Source: Octopus sinensis | Taxonomy: Eukaryota | Direction of reading: 5' to 3' | DNA: 64,000 nt | NCBI RefSeq assembly: GCF_006345805.1 | Contig: NC_043005.1 | Location: 45,322,001-45,386,000, forward strand | Shown here: one piece after another, positions 51,967-64,000 of the stretch | Position numbering within the stretch: the stretch's first letter is position 1 | How the letters are laid out: each line of letters starts with the position of its first letter | Program-made: the position numbers and the translations under genes | The notes under the pieces: generated by a model | Database searches by the model: none | Told to the model about the DNA's origin: nothing | What the model saw: the letters and a program-made list of their open reading frames with translations, nothing else

Positions 51967-51968
<2 letters not shown>
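49862..51968 (+). repeat. Tandem duplication, unit ~1.07 kb, bounded by (CT)n tracts
   Basis: 49862-50900 and 50932-51968 are near-identical; I saw only three small indels. Confidence 0.95.
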
Positions 51969-52030
<62 letters not shown>

Positions 52031-52922
52031 CCTATCTATCTCTTTCTCATTCCTGTCTGTTCTAAGTACTCAAATTATTATAGTGACTTCGGTTTTATTG
52101 TTTTTATCATTTCTTAGAATCTAATCTTAAATTTAAGAAATGTCATCTTTGTTTATTTTAATTTCGTTTTATTCCTTAATGTTATAGACACCATCCAATA
52201 ATTTTACTCAGCTGAAGTCTTTTTCTCAGTCACAGATACACTTTAAAAATCTTAAAATTTTGACTACTGTTTTATTGTTAGTGCTGCCTCAATATGATAT
52301 TAGCCAACTGGCTGGGAAATTGAGATGTTTAACTCTCATTATACTGTCCAACTCTAATTAAATGTTTCTTTGGTTTGTAGCACTACATTTCTGTCCTTTT
52401 GTGGGCTTAGTCCATAATAAAAGTCCCAACAGCATTGCTCTGTTTCAACCAGTTAGTTCTATTATTATGTCAGAGCAGTTTTGTTTTGAATAATTATAAC
52501 TAGATAAACCAAAAGGATATGCAGTACAGTTTATATATATATATAAATATATAAGTAAATATATAAAGTATAGATATGTAAAGTATATATATACACATAT
52601 TGTCTCAAATGAATGTACTGATATGCAAATGAGTAAAAACTGTCACTTATTGCATTTGTGACAAATAGTTGTGTATGGTTGTCTTTCTGTCTGAGATGAA
52701 CAAAATAAATATCCCTGATGAGCTAATAAAGATCAGGCAAAACTTGTTAAGTTGTTCTTTCATTCTGAAAAACAAAGCCTTATGATTTACCCACAATGTC
52801 TATTTGCCCAGTGAGGCCTAAATGTGTATTTATTAAATGCATAAACATATTTATATCTTTGATATAATACATATATATATATATATGTTCTAAGATAAAA
52901 ATTAAATGATTATTATTAAACT

Positions 52923-53135
52923 AAGGTGGCAAGCTGGCAGAACTGTTAGCATGCCAGGCAAAATGCTTAGCAGCATTTTGTCCATCTTTACATTCTGAGT
53001 TCAAATTCTACCAAGGTCGACCTTACCTTTCATCCTTTCAGGGTTAATAAATTAAGTATCAGTCAAGTACTGGGGTCAATGTGATCGACTTTCCACATCC
53101 CCACAAATTTCAGGCCTTGTGCCTATAGTAGAAAT
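52923..53135 (+). mobile_element. SINE family A
   Basis: AAGGTGGCAAGCTGGCAGAA head and GAGTTCAAATTC. Confidence 0.8.
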
Positions 53136-53493
53136 AATTATTATTATTATTAATAGACTGTGAACAATTATTTGAAATTGCTTTGCAGTTAAGGAGCTGT
53201 TGCTAACACAGTTTAATCTTTCATTAGACAGTAAAAGTATAGCAGGTTTGTTATAAATGTAGAAATCAAGTATTGCTTTAGCTAGAACAGTGATCAATTT
53301 AGGATTAATGTGCTGTAAAAGACATCCTTAAATATATGCAAAACAATAATATTAATGTTTCTATTTGTTTATCCCAAGCAATGGTTAAGTAATTTATATA
53401 AAATTAAAATTAAATGATTTAGGGTAATCCTTGTTTATAGATAAACTGCTATCATGTTCAGGTGACTTCCTGGGGGAAATGTAGATATATTAA

Positions 53494-53710
53494 CTCTTTA
53501 GCATTCAGATTACTCTGTCAAATGTAATGCTTATTTATTCACATTGTTTTTGAATTAATCTTGCGTTATCTCATACCTTCAAGATTTCAATAATGTGATT
53601 GTTTATTTTTAGAACAGCATTGTTCGGTAGATAAAAGGGGCCAGATCTAGCTGGTTTGAATACGAAACAGAATATTTGCGCTGGATATGGCCAGTTTAAA
53701 TGCTAAAGAC
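53494..53710. mobile_element. Family E MITE
   Basis: TTAA|CTCTTTAGCATTCAG ... AATGCTAAAGAC. Confidence 0.7.
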
Positions 53711-56179
53711 TCAAATACTAATCATTTTCAATTGGGAAGTGAAGAGAAACAGTTAAAACTTGTACTCTGTTCCTGACAAACCAAGAAAATCAAAGATTTT
53801 AACTTAAGTCAAGGAATGAAATTCTAGAACTGACTGGAAAGAAAAAGTTTAGTTTATTATTTAACTTTTGAATTAAATATTGTATTGTTTTGGGGGTTTT
53901 TTTTTTATTATTATTGAACATCAGTTGGAGAGCAGTAATATGAGCCACCTGAACTAATAATGTAGCTTATTGGAAACTTCAATTAATAAGTAGACCGGAA
54001 ACCACAAGCTGTGGTTAGATGTCTAATTAAGACTCTTTTCACTCAAAGATAATTAAGACATTCATATGATCTTGTTAACCAATGGTTTTATGAGTTTTAA
54101 AGTTAACTGTGAAGCATTCATAAGTTTTTGCATTCTTTGGTAGTTCTCTTGTCCTTCAAATTGAACATTGCATTATAAATGTGCACTTGAAAGTTATAAA
54201 ACTTACTTTAACATATGAAAGTACAAATTTCTTTACTATTTGACTTCTAAGGATTTTGCAATTCAAGTACAGAAGATTCCTTTAAACGAAATTGTTATTG
54301 TGTTGGTAAATATTATAGTCATGATGTGATAGCCATGAATCTCTGGCATAAATTTAGAATTGCTTACATATTTCCATTGTCTTTCATAAGTGATAAACAT
54401 TAATATAATGATTATATAAAGCAGTTTTGTTGCACACACCACACCACATGCACGCACACTTACACTCTCTCTTCCTCTCTCTCTCTCTCTTTCTCCTCCC
54501 TTACTTTCGTCTACACTTCTACTCACTAATCTGTTGAGAAATATTCATTGTAAAACACATTTTGTTTCATTTTCTTCTATAGAGAATAACAATTTAGATG
54601 TGTATTTCTTTTAAGAAGTGTTATATCACAATGTAGAAATCATACATAAAAGTTACATTTTATGAAATTTTCAATTCAAAGTAATTTCTTTAGAATTGAT
54701 CCTTTCCTCCTAAATTTCAACTAGAATGCTGTTGTCTTTTCATTTTAAAAATGTTTGAATATTTAGTTTGTTATTTTGTTTTTGTTTTGTTTTGTTTTTT
54801 TTATATAGTTTATATCATTTCATTGGTGATCACTTTGATATGTTATCTAAGAATGGATTTCCCTTTTCACTGACTTAGCATAGGCATTACTTCAATAGAA
54901 ACAACTTCATTATTGGCCTTCAAGTTTCCACTGAATTAAGACAGATCATTGTCATATCTCATGGCCACATTTATGTGTACATCTACACTCATGACACTTG
55001 CACATGGACATTATATTTCAACAATTTTTGCCATCCTTGCCGGATTATGATTATTTCTTTTTTTTTTTTTTAATTATTGTTCAAAATTACACAATTTATT
55101 TTAGTCTCCATCCCTCCCATCCTTCCTTTCTTATGTGATTGCCATTATAAGTTGGGCATTTTAAATCCCATCTTCTCAATGCTTTTTCAGCTCTGTTTGT
55201 CTGGTAGTGATAGAATTAAAATTTGTATATAGGTTGTATATGTTACATTATTCCGCCCCAGCATCCATTTGCTTACAGATGGGAAAAAAAAAAAGCACTT
55301 TGTTTAAGAAAATTAATTTTAAGATATGATACATTGATTTTATTGACTTGTATTGAAGCCTAATTTCAGAGCAAAAGGTTTAGAACTATTGCAAAAATGG
55401 TTGGGTCATGACAGAGCTATTTCATTGATTTTTTTTTTTCTTCTTTTGTTTCAGTTATTTTTGAAAATCAGGTATTATTTTACTCTCTCTCTCTCTCTCT
55501 CTCTCCCTCTCTCTCCTTTTTATTGTTAATTAAAAATATTGGTTAGATGTCTTTTTATATGGTTTCTTCCTATTTTCAAATTGTATAGGCACTGGGAAAT
55601 ATAAATAGAAACAAGTTGATATGCTCGAAAAGTGTAATTTTTATGTGATTTGTCTCGTTAGACTTGTATTATTATCAAGTAGGTGTGGCCATTAAACCTG
55701 AAAAGCAATGGAAGAGTATTAATTTTCATTTGAGTCAAATAATATTTCAGCTGTTACAAGGAATTTTACAAATATGGGCAAAAATCTAAACTCAGTCAAG
55801 TTGTATTTGATATGAACAACATTTGTACCTTTTGAGTCTGGGTTTTCTCTTTTTTTTTTTTAATTATTAGCTTGAAGTCCCTTTAGGATTTCTTGTAATT
55901 TTTCAGATGGCAGGTAGGTGTTACAAGCATTGTGTACAATTGTTCTATCTGTTGGTGACTTGACCTTTCTTACTGAATCATGAGTCCTATGTGACTACAA
56001 GAGTCAGACTTGACTCCCAGCTATGTATAAATTTTGATGTTTCACTGAAGGCTGGTGTGTAAAGTTTCTGTGATACCTTAGCATAAACTGAGTGCTTAGA
56101 TTTTTGTCTTTTGTCAGCAATCTTGGCTGTTAACATGCTGCCAGCAGCTGTTTATATAGAACAATATATATACATATAT

Positions 56180-56232
<53 letters not shown>

Positions 56233-57718
56233 GCTTCTGAGAATATATGTATATATATATCTGTTTAATGAAAGTATGGTATTTTGAAATTGTCTCCTTG
56301 GCAAAACTAGGTAAATAAACTGAGTATACTTCTATTTTGTCTAGTGGATTCCATAGGTCTATATTTTTTGGTTTCTAATCAATAGAATGGTTTCTAAACT
56401 CTGAGAATATTGTCTACAATTTATTCTGGATGGAAAAGTAAAAAAACTTTAAAATTTGTGGTTTTCATACACTTCAACAGTTACTTAATGATTGAGTGTG
56501 AAATGTTTTCTCTCAGATAAAGGATATTTTTTTAATATATTTCCTACAAACTATATTATATTGAAACTTAAATATATTTAATGCTTGCTTGAACTGATAT
56601 ATTAAGGATATACTTGACAAAACAAACATATATAGGGGTATATGGTCTCTGTTTGAGATAACTATGTTTATATAGAGTTATACATTTTACTTTTTAAAGG
56701 TATTTGATAAGAAGTTATTGTAGTACTTCTATCATGTAATATTTTTTTTCTATTTACCTTTATTTTGTTCATTTTTTGTTATTCATTGAATTTATGTATC
56801 CAATAAATTTATTGTGTGTATGTAAATATATAAGGATGTATATATTTATGTGCATATGTATGTGTATATATGTATATCTATGTGTGTGTGTGTATATATA
56901 TATATATGTTATACATTATACACACACACACACACATATACTCACATAAAAATATGTATGCCTGTATTTGTATATTCTTTGTTATTTTGTTATGAAACAA
57001 AATTATGGTAACATTCTCTGCAACTGATAGTTATATATTTCTCAGTTTGGATATATATATATATATATTATATATATATATATATATTATATATATATAT
57101 GTATATATATATATGTACGTATGAATGTATGTATGTATATATAATTTTAAAAACATTCTACTGCAGTTAATGTTTAGCAGAGAAGTCAACATTTGATAAT
57201 GACAGCTTGAAAAGTGTAAAAACATATTATTTTGAATTGGATGTGTAAATATAAAAATATTTTGCTCAAGCCAGAAATTTATACATCAGAGGACTTATTG
57301 TAAATTATATGCAACCATAGGGTGATCCTAATTCATTTAGGTATTGCAACACTCTTAAAGCCAGTTTGAGTTATTGATGTATATATATACACATTTACTA
57401 CCACTTGGCATGGTACAACTATTTGAAGAATTATTATTATTATTATTATTATTATTATCATCATCATCATCATAATTATTAAATACTTGTTGCCTCCTTT
57501 TATTTTTAATTTTATCCTAAGTATATACATGTGGGTGTGTGTGTGTATATATATATGTATGTCAGTATGTGTGTATATATATATATGTGTATATGTATAT
57601 ATATATGTCTGTATATGTATATGTATATATATATGTATGTATATATATATATATATATGTATGTGTATATATATATATATATGTATGTGTATATATATGT
57701 ATGTGTGTGTATATATAT

Positions 57719-57772
<54 letters not shown>

Positions 57773-58015
57773 ATATGTATGTTTATCCTTGTAAAATATC
57801 ACTTAAATTAATACAGAATTTTTCCAGTGCTTACTTCATATAAAATTTGCATATAATTTTTTACTACTTTTTACAGATCTCAGATTTCTTTCCATTTTCT
57901 CATTCCTCTTTTGCCTTTTTCTTTTTTCCTTTAATTTTTTTTTTCATTAGCTTCATTTTTTCTTTTTTTTGTATTCACTTCTATTATTATTATTATTATT
58001 ATTATTATTATCATC

Positions 58016-58230
58016 AAGGTGATGAGCTGGCAGATCTGTTGGCACATTGGAGACAAAATTCTTGGTGTCATTTCTTTCAGCTCTTTACGTTCTGAGTTCA
58101 AATGCTACCAAGTTTCACTTTGCCTTTTCATCATTTCGGGGGGTCAATAAAATAAAGCACCACTCAAGTGTAATCGTCTTACCACCTCCCTGCAAAATTA
58201 CACTGGCCTTGTTGCCAAAACTTGAAACCA
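58016..58230 (+). mobile_element. SINE family A inserted in an (ATT)n/(ATC)n tract
   Basis: AAGGTGATGAGCTGGCAG head; trinucleotide repeats on both sides. Confidence 0.75.
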
Positions 58231-58235
58231 TCATC

Positions 58236-58268
<33 letters not shown>

Positions 58269-58648
58269 CATCATCATCATTATTATTAATATTTTGTTGT
58301 TGTTAATGTAAATTCTATCAAAATTCTAAAATATTGAATTGAGATATATACTGAATTTACTTGCCTGATTTTTTTTTTTTTTTAACCCATATGTTTTACC
58401 TCCTCCTCCCCCCCACCCTACATATTATATCTTACAACCCGCTCTTGTTATACCTTAGCCTTTCATTTCCCAGAATTTCTTTTGTTCAAACCATGGTACA
58501 GATAAATTTTGAAACAATTCTAACAAGGTTGTATCTGTTATATATACACATATATATAGATATAGACATATATATATATGCTGTTGGTGTTAATTTTATT
58601 TTACATGTTTGTTATATCTTTCTTTTTAATTTTATTGATGCAATGCTA

Positions 58649-58757
<109 letters not shown>

Positions 58758-59422
58758 GTTGAAATTTTACCATTGTCTGGTGTCAGATTTGGAAATGTTC
58801 CAGACATGTATAAAGTCTCATTAAAAAACATACAAATGTAATTAATTCTTCCTCTTGATTTTTAGTTATATGTGTTTGTATGTGTGTGTATCACGTCATG
58901 CATGTGTGTGTGAGTCTATGTATGCATATACCTTTATGTGTGCATAGATGTTGTCTATGTAAATATATATGTGTGTGTGTGTAAACTCACAAATACATAC
59001 TTACACACACTTGTGCAGCCATATACATGCATGTGTTTATATATTAATACATATGAGGATATATATATTTATATATCTGTCTTCATATGTGCATATGTAT
59101 GCACATGTGTGTGTATGTGTATATATATATATATGTGTGTGTGTGTGCATGTATGTCTCTGCATATATAGTATATACATATATAATGTATGTGATTACAT
59201 ATGTGTATGAGTGTGTGCATGCTCTTGCATGTAAATAGTATACGTATTTAAATGCATGTGTATATATATGTATATATATATTATATATTATATATATGTG
59301 TGTGTATATATATATGTATATATATATATTATATATATATATGTATATATATATATTATATATATATGTATATATATATATATTATATATATATTATATA
59401 TTATATATATATTATATATATA

Positions 59423-59472
<50 letters not shown>

Positions 59473-59816
59473 TATACCTACATACTTGTGTGTGTATGTC
59501 TATATGATGCCTGTGTGTATATGTATGAACATATATATAGAGATAGATAGATAGATAGATAGATATTTATGTATAAAAATATGGAGATAGTGAAGGCTAC
59601 TTGTAATTGATCCCTTTCTGGAAACAAAGGCAGGTAAGAGTAACTTCACTCCATTCATGCAAGCCCAGACAACTAGACATAAAGAAAATACACCAATATA
59701 TATATATGTCACTACTTATCTAGAAAACGCTGACAGCACCAAAAAAGTGCTTCATAATGGCCTTCCATAATGTTTGTGGTAAACCACATAATTTTATGTG
59801 TGTAAATATAAATATA

Positions 59817-60212
59817 GGAGTGGCTGTGTGGTAAGTAGCTTGTTTACCAACCACATGGTTCCGGGTTCAGTCCCACTGTGTGGCACCTTGGGCAAGTGTC
59901 TTCTACTGTAGCCTCGGGCCGACCAAAGCCTTTTGAGTGGATTTGGTAGACGGAAACTGAAAGAAGCCCGTCGTATATATGTATATATATATATATGCAT
60001 TTGTGTGTCTGTGTTTGTCCCCCTAGCATTACTTGACAACCGATGCTGGTGTGTTTATGTCCCCGTTACTTAGTGGTTCGGCAAAAGAGACCGATAGAAT
60101 AAGTACTGGGCTTACAAAAGAATAAGTCCCGGAGTTGAGTTGCTTGATTAAAGGTGGTGCTCCAGCATGGCCGCAGTCAAATGACTGAAACAAGTAAAAG
60201 AGAGTAAAGAGT
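59817..60212 (+). mobile_element. Full-length young SINE family B (tRNA head + CORE-like segment)
   Basis: TGGCTGTGTGGTAAG A box, GGGTTCAGTCCC B box, ACCTTGGGCAAGT (resembles the CORE-SINE domain), central microsatellite, GTAAAAGAG-repeat tail. Confidence 0.92.
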
Positions 60213-60329
60213 ATACATCTACAAACACATATATGTCTGCACGTGTGTATCTATATGTATGTATGTGTATATATATATATATATAACCCATGCTAGCATG
60301 GAAAGCGGACGCTAAATGATGATGATGAT

Positions 60330-60371
60330 ATATTTTATATGTATACATATATATATATAAATATATATATA

Positions 60372-60414
<43 letters not shown>

Positions 60415-61215
60415 GTGTATATATATGAATATATATATACATGTATATATATATACATACGTATATATATACATGTGTATATATATATATGAATATATAT
60501 ATATATATATATATACATGTGTATATATATGAATATATATATACATGTATATATATATACATACGTATATATATACATGTGTATATATATATATGAATAT
60601 ATATACATGTATATATATATACATACGTGTATATATATATGTATATATACATGTGTATATATATGAATATATATATACATGTATATATATACATACGTAT
60701 ATATATTCATATACATGTGTATATATATATATGAATATATATATATATAATATATATATACATGTGTATATATATATGAATAATATATACATGTATATAT
60801 ATATACATACGTATATATATACATGTGTATGTATATATATGAATATATATATACATGTATATATATATACATACGTATATATATACATGTGTATATATAT
60901 ATATGAATATATATATACATGTATATATATATACATACGTGTATATATATATATGTATATATACATGTGTATATATATGAATATATATATACATGTATAT
61001 ATATATACATACGTATATATATACATGTGTATATATATACATGTATATATATACATACGTGTATATATATGTATATATATACACGTATATATATATGTGT
61101 ATATATATATATGTATATATAAATACATGTATATATATGTATGTATATATATATATACGTGTATATATATGTATATATATATATATATATACGTGTATAT
61201 ATATATATATACATA
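60330..61215 (+). repeat. Complex TA-based minisatellite with ~60-70-bp higher-order unit
   Basis: The GAAT landmark recurs at 60427, 60491, 60531, 60595, 60665, 60733, 60778, 60841, 60905 and 60979, mostly with ACATGT and TACGT in fixed order. Confidence 0.9.
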
Positions 61216-61219
61216 TATA

Positions 61220-61340
61220 GGGAGAATTCACAAAAAAAAACAAAAAATTAAGACAGGTGGTGTAAACAACAAAGAAATGTATTAGTTTAGCATTCAGGAA
61301 GTGAAAACGTCTAACGTTTTGAGTCTATGCTCTTCCACAC
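61220..61340 (-). mobile_element. Second copy of the putative PLE terminal fragment seen at 7600-7746
   Basis: Shares AAGACA..TGTAWAC..GTATTAGTTT; minus strand GTGTGGA-A-GAGC-ATAG-ACTC-AAAA-CGT. Confidence 0.45.
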
Positions 61341-61939
61341 CTATAAGCACATACGTGTATATGTATATATATATACACACACAAACTAAAATATGTTATG
61401 TAGATAACAATGAAGCAGGTAAAAAACATACAATAGATGCAAACATGCTTATATGTATGTATACGCATATATATATATATATAGATAGATAGATAGATAG
61501 ATATACACACACATATACAAACTTAAAAATGTATTAAATGTCACCATACAAATTAGGGCTCAATATTTGAACTCCCAAATGTATATATTTATATATATAT
61601 ACTGATCCATGTATGTTTATTCATAAATATGTATACATGCAACAAATGCATATATATATTTCATTTTGTGTGTGTATATATATATATATATATATACACT
61701 CACATGCAATATATATATATATGCATGTGTTGTATGTATATATTTACACACACATATATACATGTTGATATACACGTACATCTATTATTGTTTTTACATG
61801 CATATGACTGTGTGTGCTGTATGAATTTATGTGTATTTAAATAAATATAAAGAGAGATATAACATTATTGAGATTGTTATAATATCCACTTTTCCGTACT
61901 TGCGTCGTTGACAAAGAATTTGAGTAGCCATATGCAATT

Positions 61940-62200
61940 CGTGATGCCAACTTCACCTTATCAAGGTAAGATTTCCCCATAACCAGAGATGTTTTGGTGG
62001 ATAATAGGAAACAACACTGCTTCTATGACTATGCCATCTCTTTTATGCATATCATGCTATGCCTTGGCAAGTAGTCACAGGTACACACATACTAACATAT
62101 ATGTGTGTGGTTGTATATTTACACATGAACATATATATATAAATATATACATACAACAGACTTTTTCATTTTCTACCAAATCCACTCAAATATTTGCTCA
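61940..62200 (-). mobile_element. Old composite SINE (B head remnant + RTE-like tail), like 11575-12060
   Basis: 61945-62090 aligns by eye with 11660-11810; TTTCTACCAAATCCACTCA at ~62170 is a B-head remnant. Confidence 0.5.
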
Positions 62201-62427
62201 ACCAACTGATGCAGTTTATATATATATACATTTCTGTGCACATATATTTATGCATTTATATGTATATGCATATATATACATATATATGTATATGCATATA
62301 TATATGTATGTATATATGTGAGTAAATGCGTATGTGTGTATACCTATATGTATATATATATATATATAGATACATACATATACCACGTACATATATATAT
62401 AATGTGTGTGTATACATATATATGTAC

Positions 62428-62515
62428 AGACTGGAGCCTAGTGCAGCTTCCTGGCTTCCCAGACTCCAGTTAAACCATCTAACCCATGCTAGCATGGAAA
62501 ACGGATGTTAAACGT
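62428..62515 (+). mobile_element. Family D 3' tip
   Basis: CTGGCTTCCCAGACTCCAGTTAAACCATCTAACCCATGCTAGCATGGAAAACGG. Confidence 0.7.
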
Positions 62516-63028
62516 TTTGATGTACATATAAGTGAGTGGACAAATGAAAAAAGGCACTCAATACATTTAGTAGGAGTTACATATATTATTACTTTAAACA
62601 GTTTGATTCAGCCTGATGCTACTCAAAGTTTTGTAGGCTCCTCACAGAAACCTGTATATATACATATGTATGCACACAATGTGTATATATCTGTAATTAT
62701 ATATTGATATGTGTGTGTGCATGTGTTTATATATACATATATATATATATATCTATGTTTATATATGTATGTGTGTGCATGTGTTTATACATATATATGT
62801 GTGTGTGTTTATATGTCTATACCTCTGTTTATATGTGTGTGTGCATGTGTTTATATATATATATGTATGTATATGTATATATATCTATGTTTATATATGT
62901 GTATTTAATACTAGTTATGATACAGTTTGTTTTCCCAATTTTCTCTCTTTCTTTTATGCATTTTGTTATTTTCTTAACTTAAGCAGAAATTTGTTACACT
63001 TAGATTTATATATCATGTGATATCATGA

Positions 63029-63290
63029 TCAACCAGACTACTGGCTGTTGCTACACATCGCTGATTGCAGTGCACTTTTGCATTGTTTTAACTTTTGAAT
63101 GATGCCACCCCACTAGCTAGGCAAGTAGGCCGACATGCTCCCTGAACGAGATGCTAATCCATTGCAGTGTCACCAGTTTACGGCTGAGTGAACTGGAGCA
63201 ATGTGAAATGAAGTGTTTTACTCTAGAACATAATGTGCCACCCCTGCTGGAACTGAACCCACAATCCAGCAGTCATTGCCACATGCCTTC
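63029..63290 (-). mobile_element. SINE family C
   Basis: GGAGCAATGTGAAATGAAGTG core as in 23930-24334. Confidence 0.65.
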
Positions 63291-63335
63291 AAAGATTTAT
63301 ATATAATACATTATATATATATAACATATATGATA

Positions 63336-63377
<42 letters not shown>

Positions 63378-64000
63378 CATATATAATACATTATATATAA
63401 CATGTATAATACTTATGATAAATATATTAACACCTTATGTTTCTGGGTTACCAGTAGGGCATGAAATAGATATAAATCTTTGTGACATCTAATGCTAATA
63501 TAACTTTTTCTTAAACAGTAGAATTGTTTCTTATTGAAATTTTCAGAAACAAATGAAAACTTCTCTGTACTTTTGTAAAACGTGATACAATGATGCCATA
63601 ATGAATATATCTCATAGCTAAGACAGACTGTTATGTTTTGCTATCACTTAATATTGTTGTTGTTAGTGTTGATGTTCCTAATACTGCTGAAACCTTAAAT
63701 ATTATATAGTTTACTCTTCAATTTGTAATTACTCTTAAATATGATAATTACTTTGAATGCAATTTGTTATTTGTAATTACTCTAATAAAAAATATTGTCA
63801 AATGTTATATCCCTATATTAAATCTTTTTTCCTTTTTTGACAAGTTTGATTTGGTAAATTTCGAATTTTTTTTTTACTCCTCTACTGAATTTTTGCTGTC
63901 ATTCTCACTGTGTATTAAATTTAAATATGTATGGTAATTAAATGATAAATCAGGATAATGAACACTAACTCTGTGTGTATGTGTGTGTGTGTGTTTCAGT

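Noticed and set aside
61873-61965. Candidate 93-nt coding exon with CAAG|GTAAGA donor
   Set aside because: Weak GAG acceptor, and the donor lies inside a repeat tail homologous to 11660-11810.

Overview
AT-rich, microsatellite-dense eukaryotic genomic DNA; the repeat families suggest an octopus or other cephalopod (inference, not verified). There is one clear protein-coding gene: a single-coding-exon C2H2 zinc-finger factor (37981-39630, +). It has five N-terminal fingers, a long acidic linker and a C-terminal finger pair resembling the Ikaros/Hunchback/TRPS1 dimerization domain. The first 38 kb and last 11 kb are packed with mobile DNA: three tRNA-derived SINE families (called A, B, C here), RTE-type LINE 3' tails (family D), CR1/RTE fragments and a TTAA-flanked MITE family. 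A decayed but end-to-end traceable hAT/Buster (SPIN/GTF2IRD2-like) transposon carries nested SINEs. Two fold-back Penelope-like elements (PLEs) are present. Most notable: all four PLE arms carry a tRNA-like Pol III promoter module and (AAT)n after the endonuclease stop, and three continue into remnants of a minimal hammerhead ribozyme. A second hammerhead-like family has a non-canonical core. The 13 kb after the gene is almost SINE-free and contains a near-perfect 1.07 kb tandem duplication. Nearly all other listed ORFs are microsatellite or repeat artefacts. Coordinates were counted by hand; repeat boundaries are approximate. No database searches were run.
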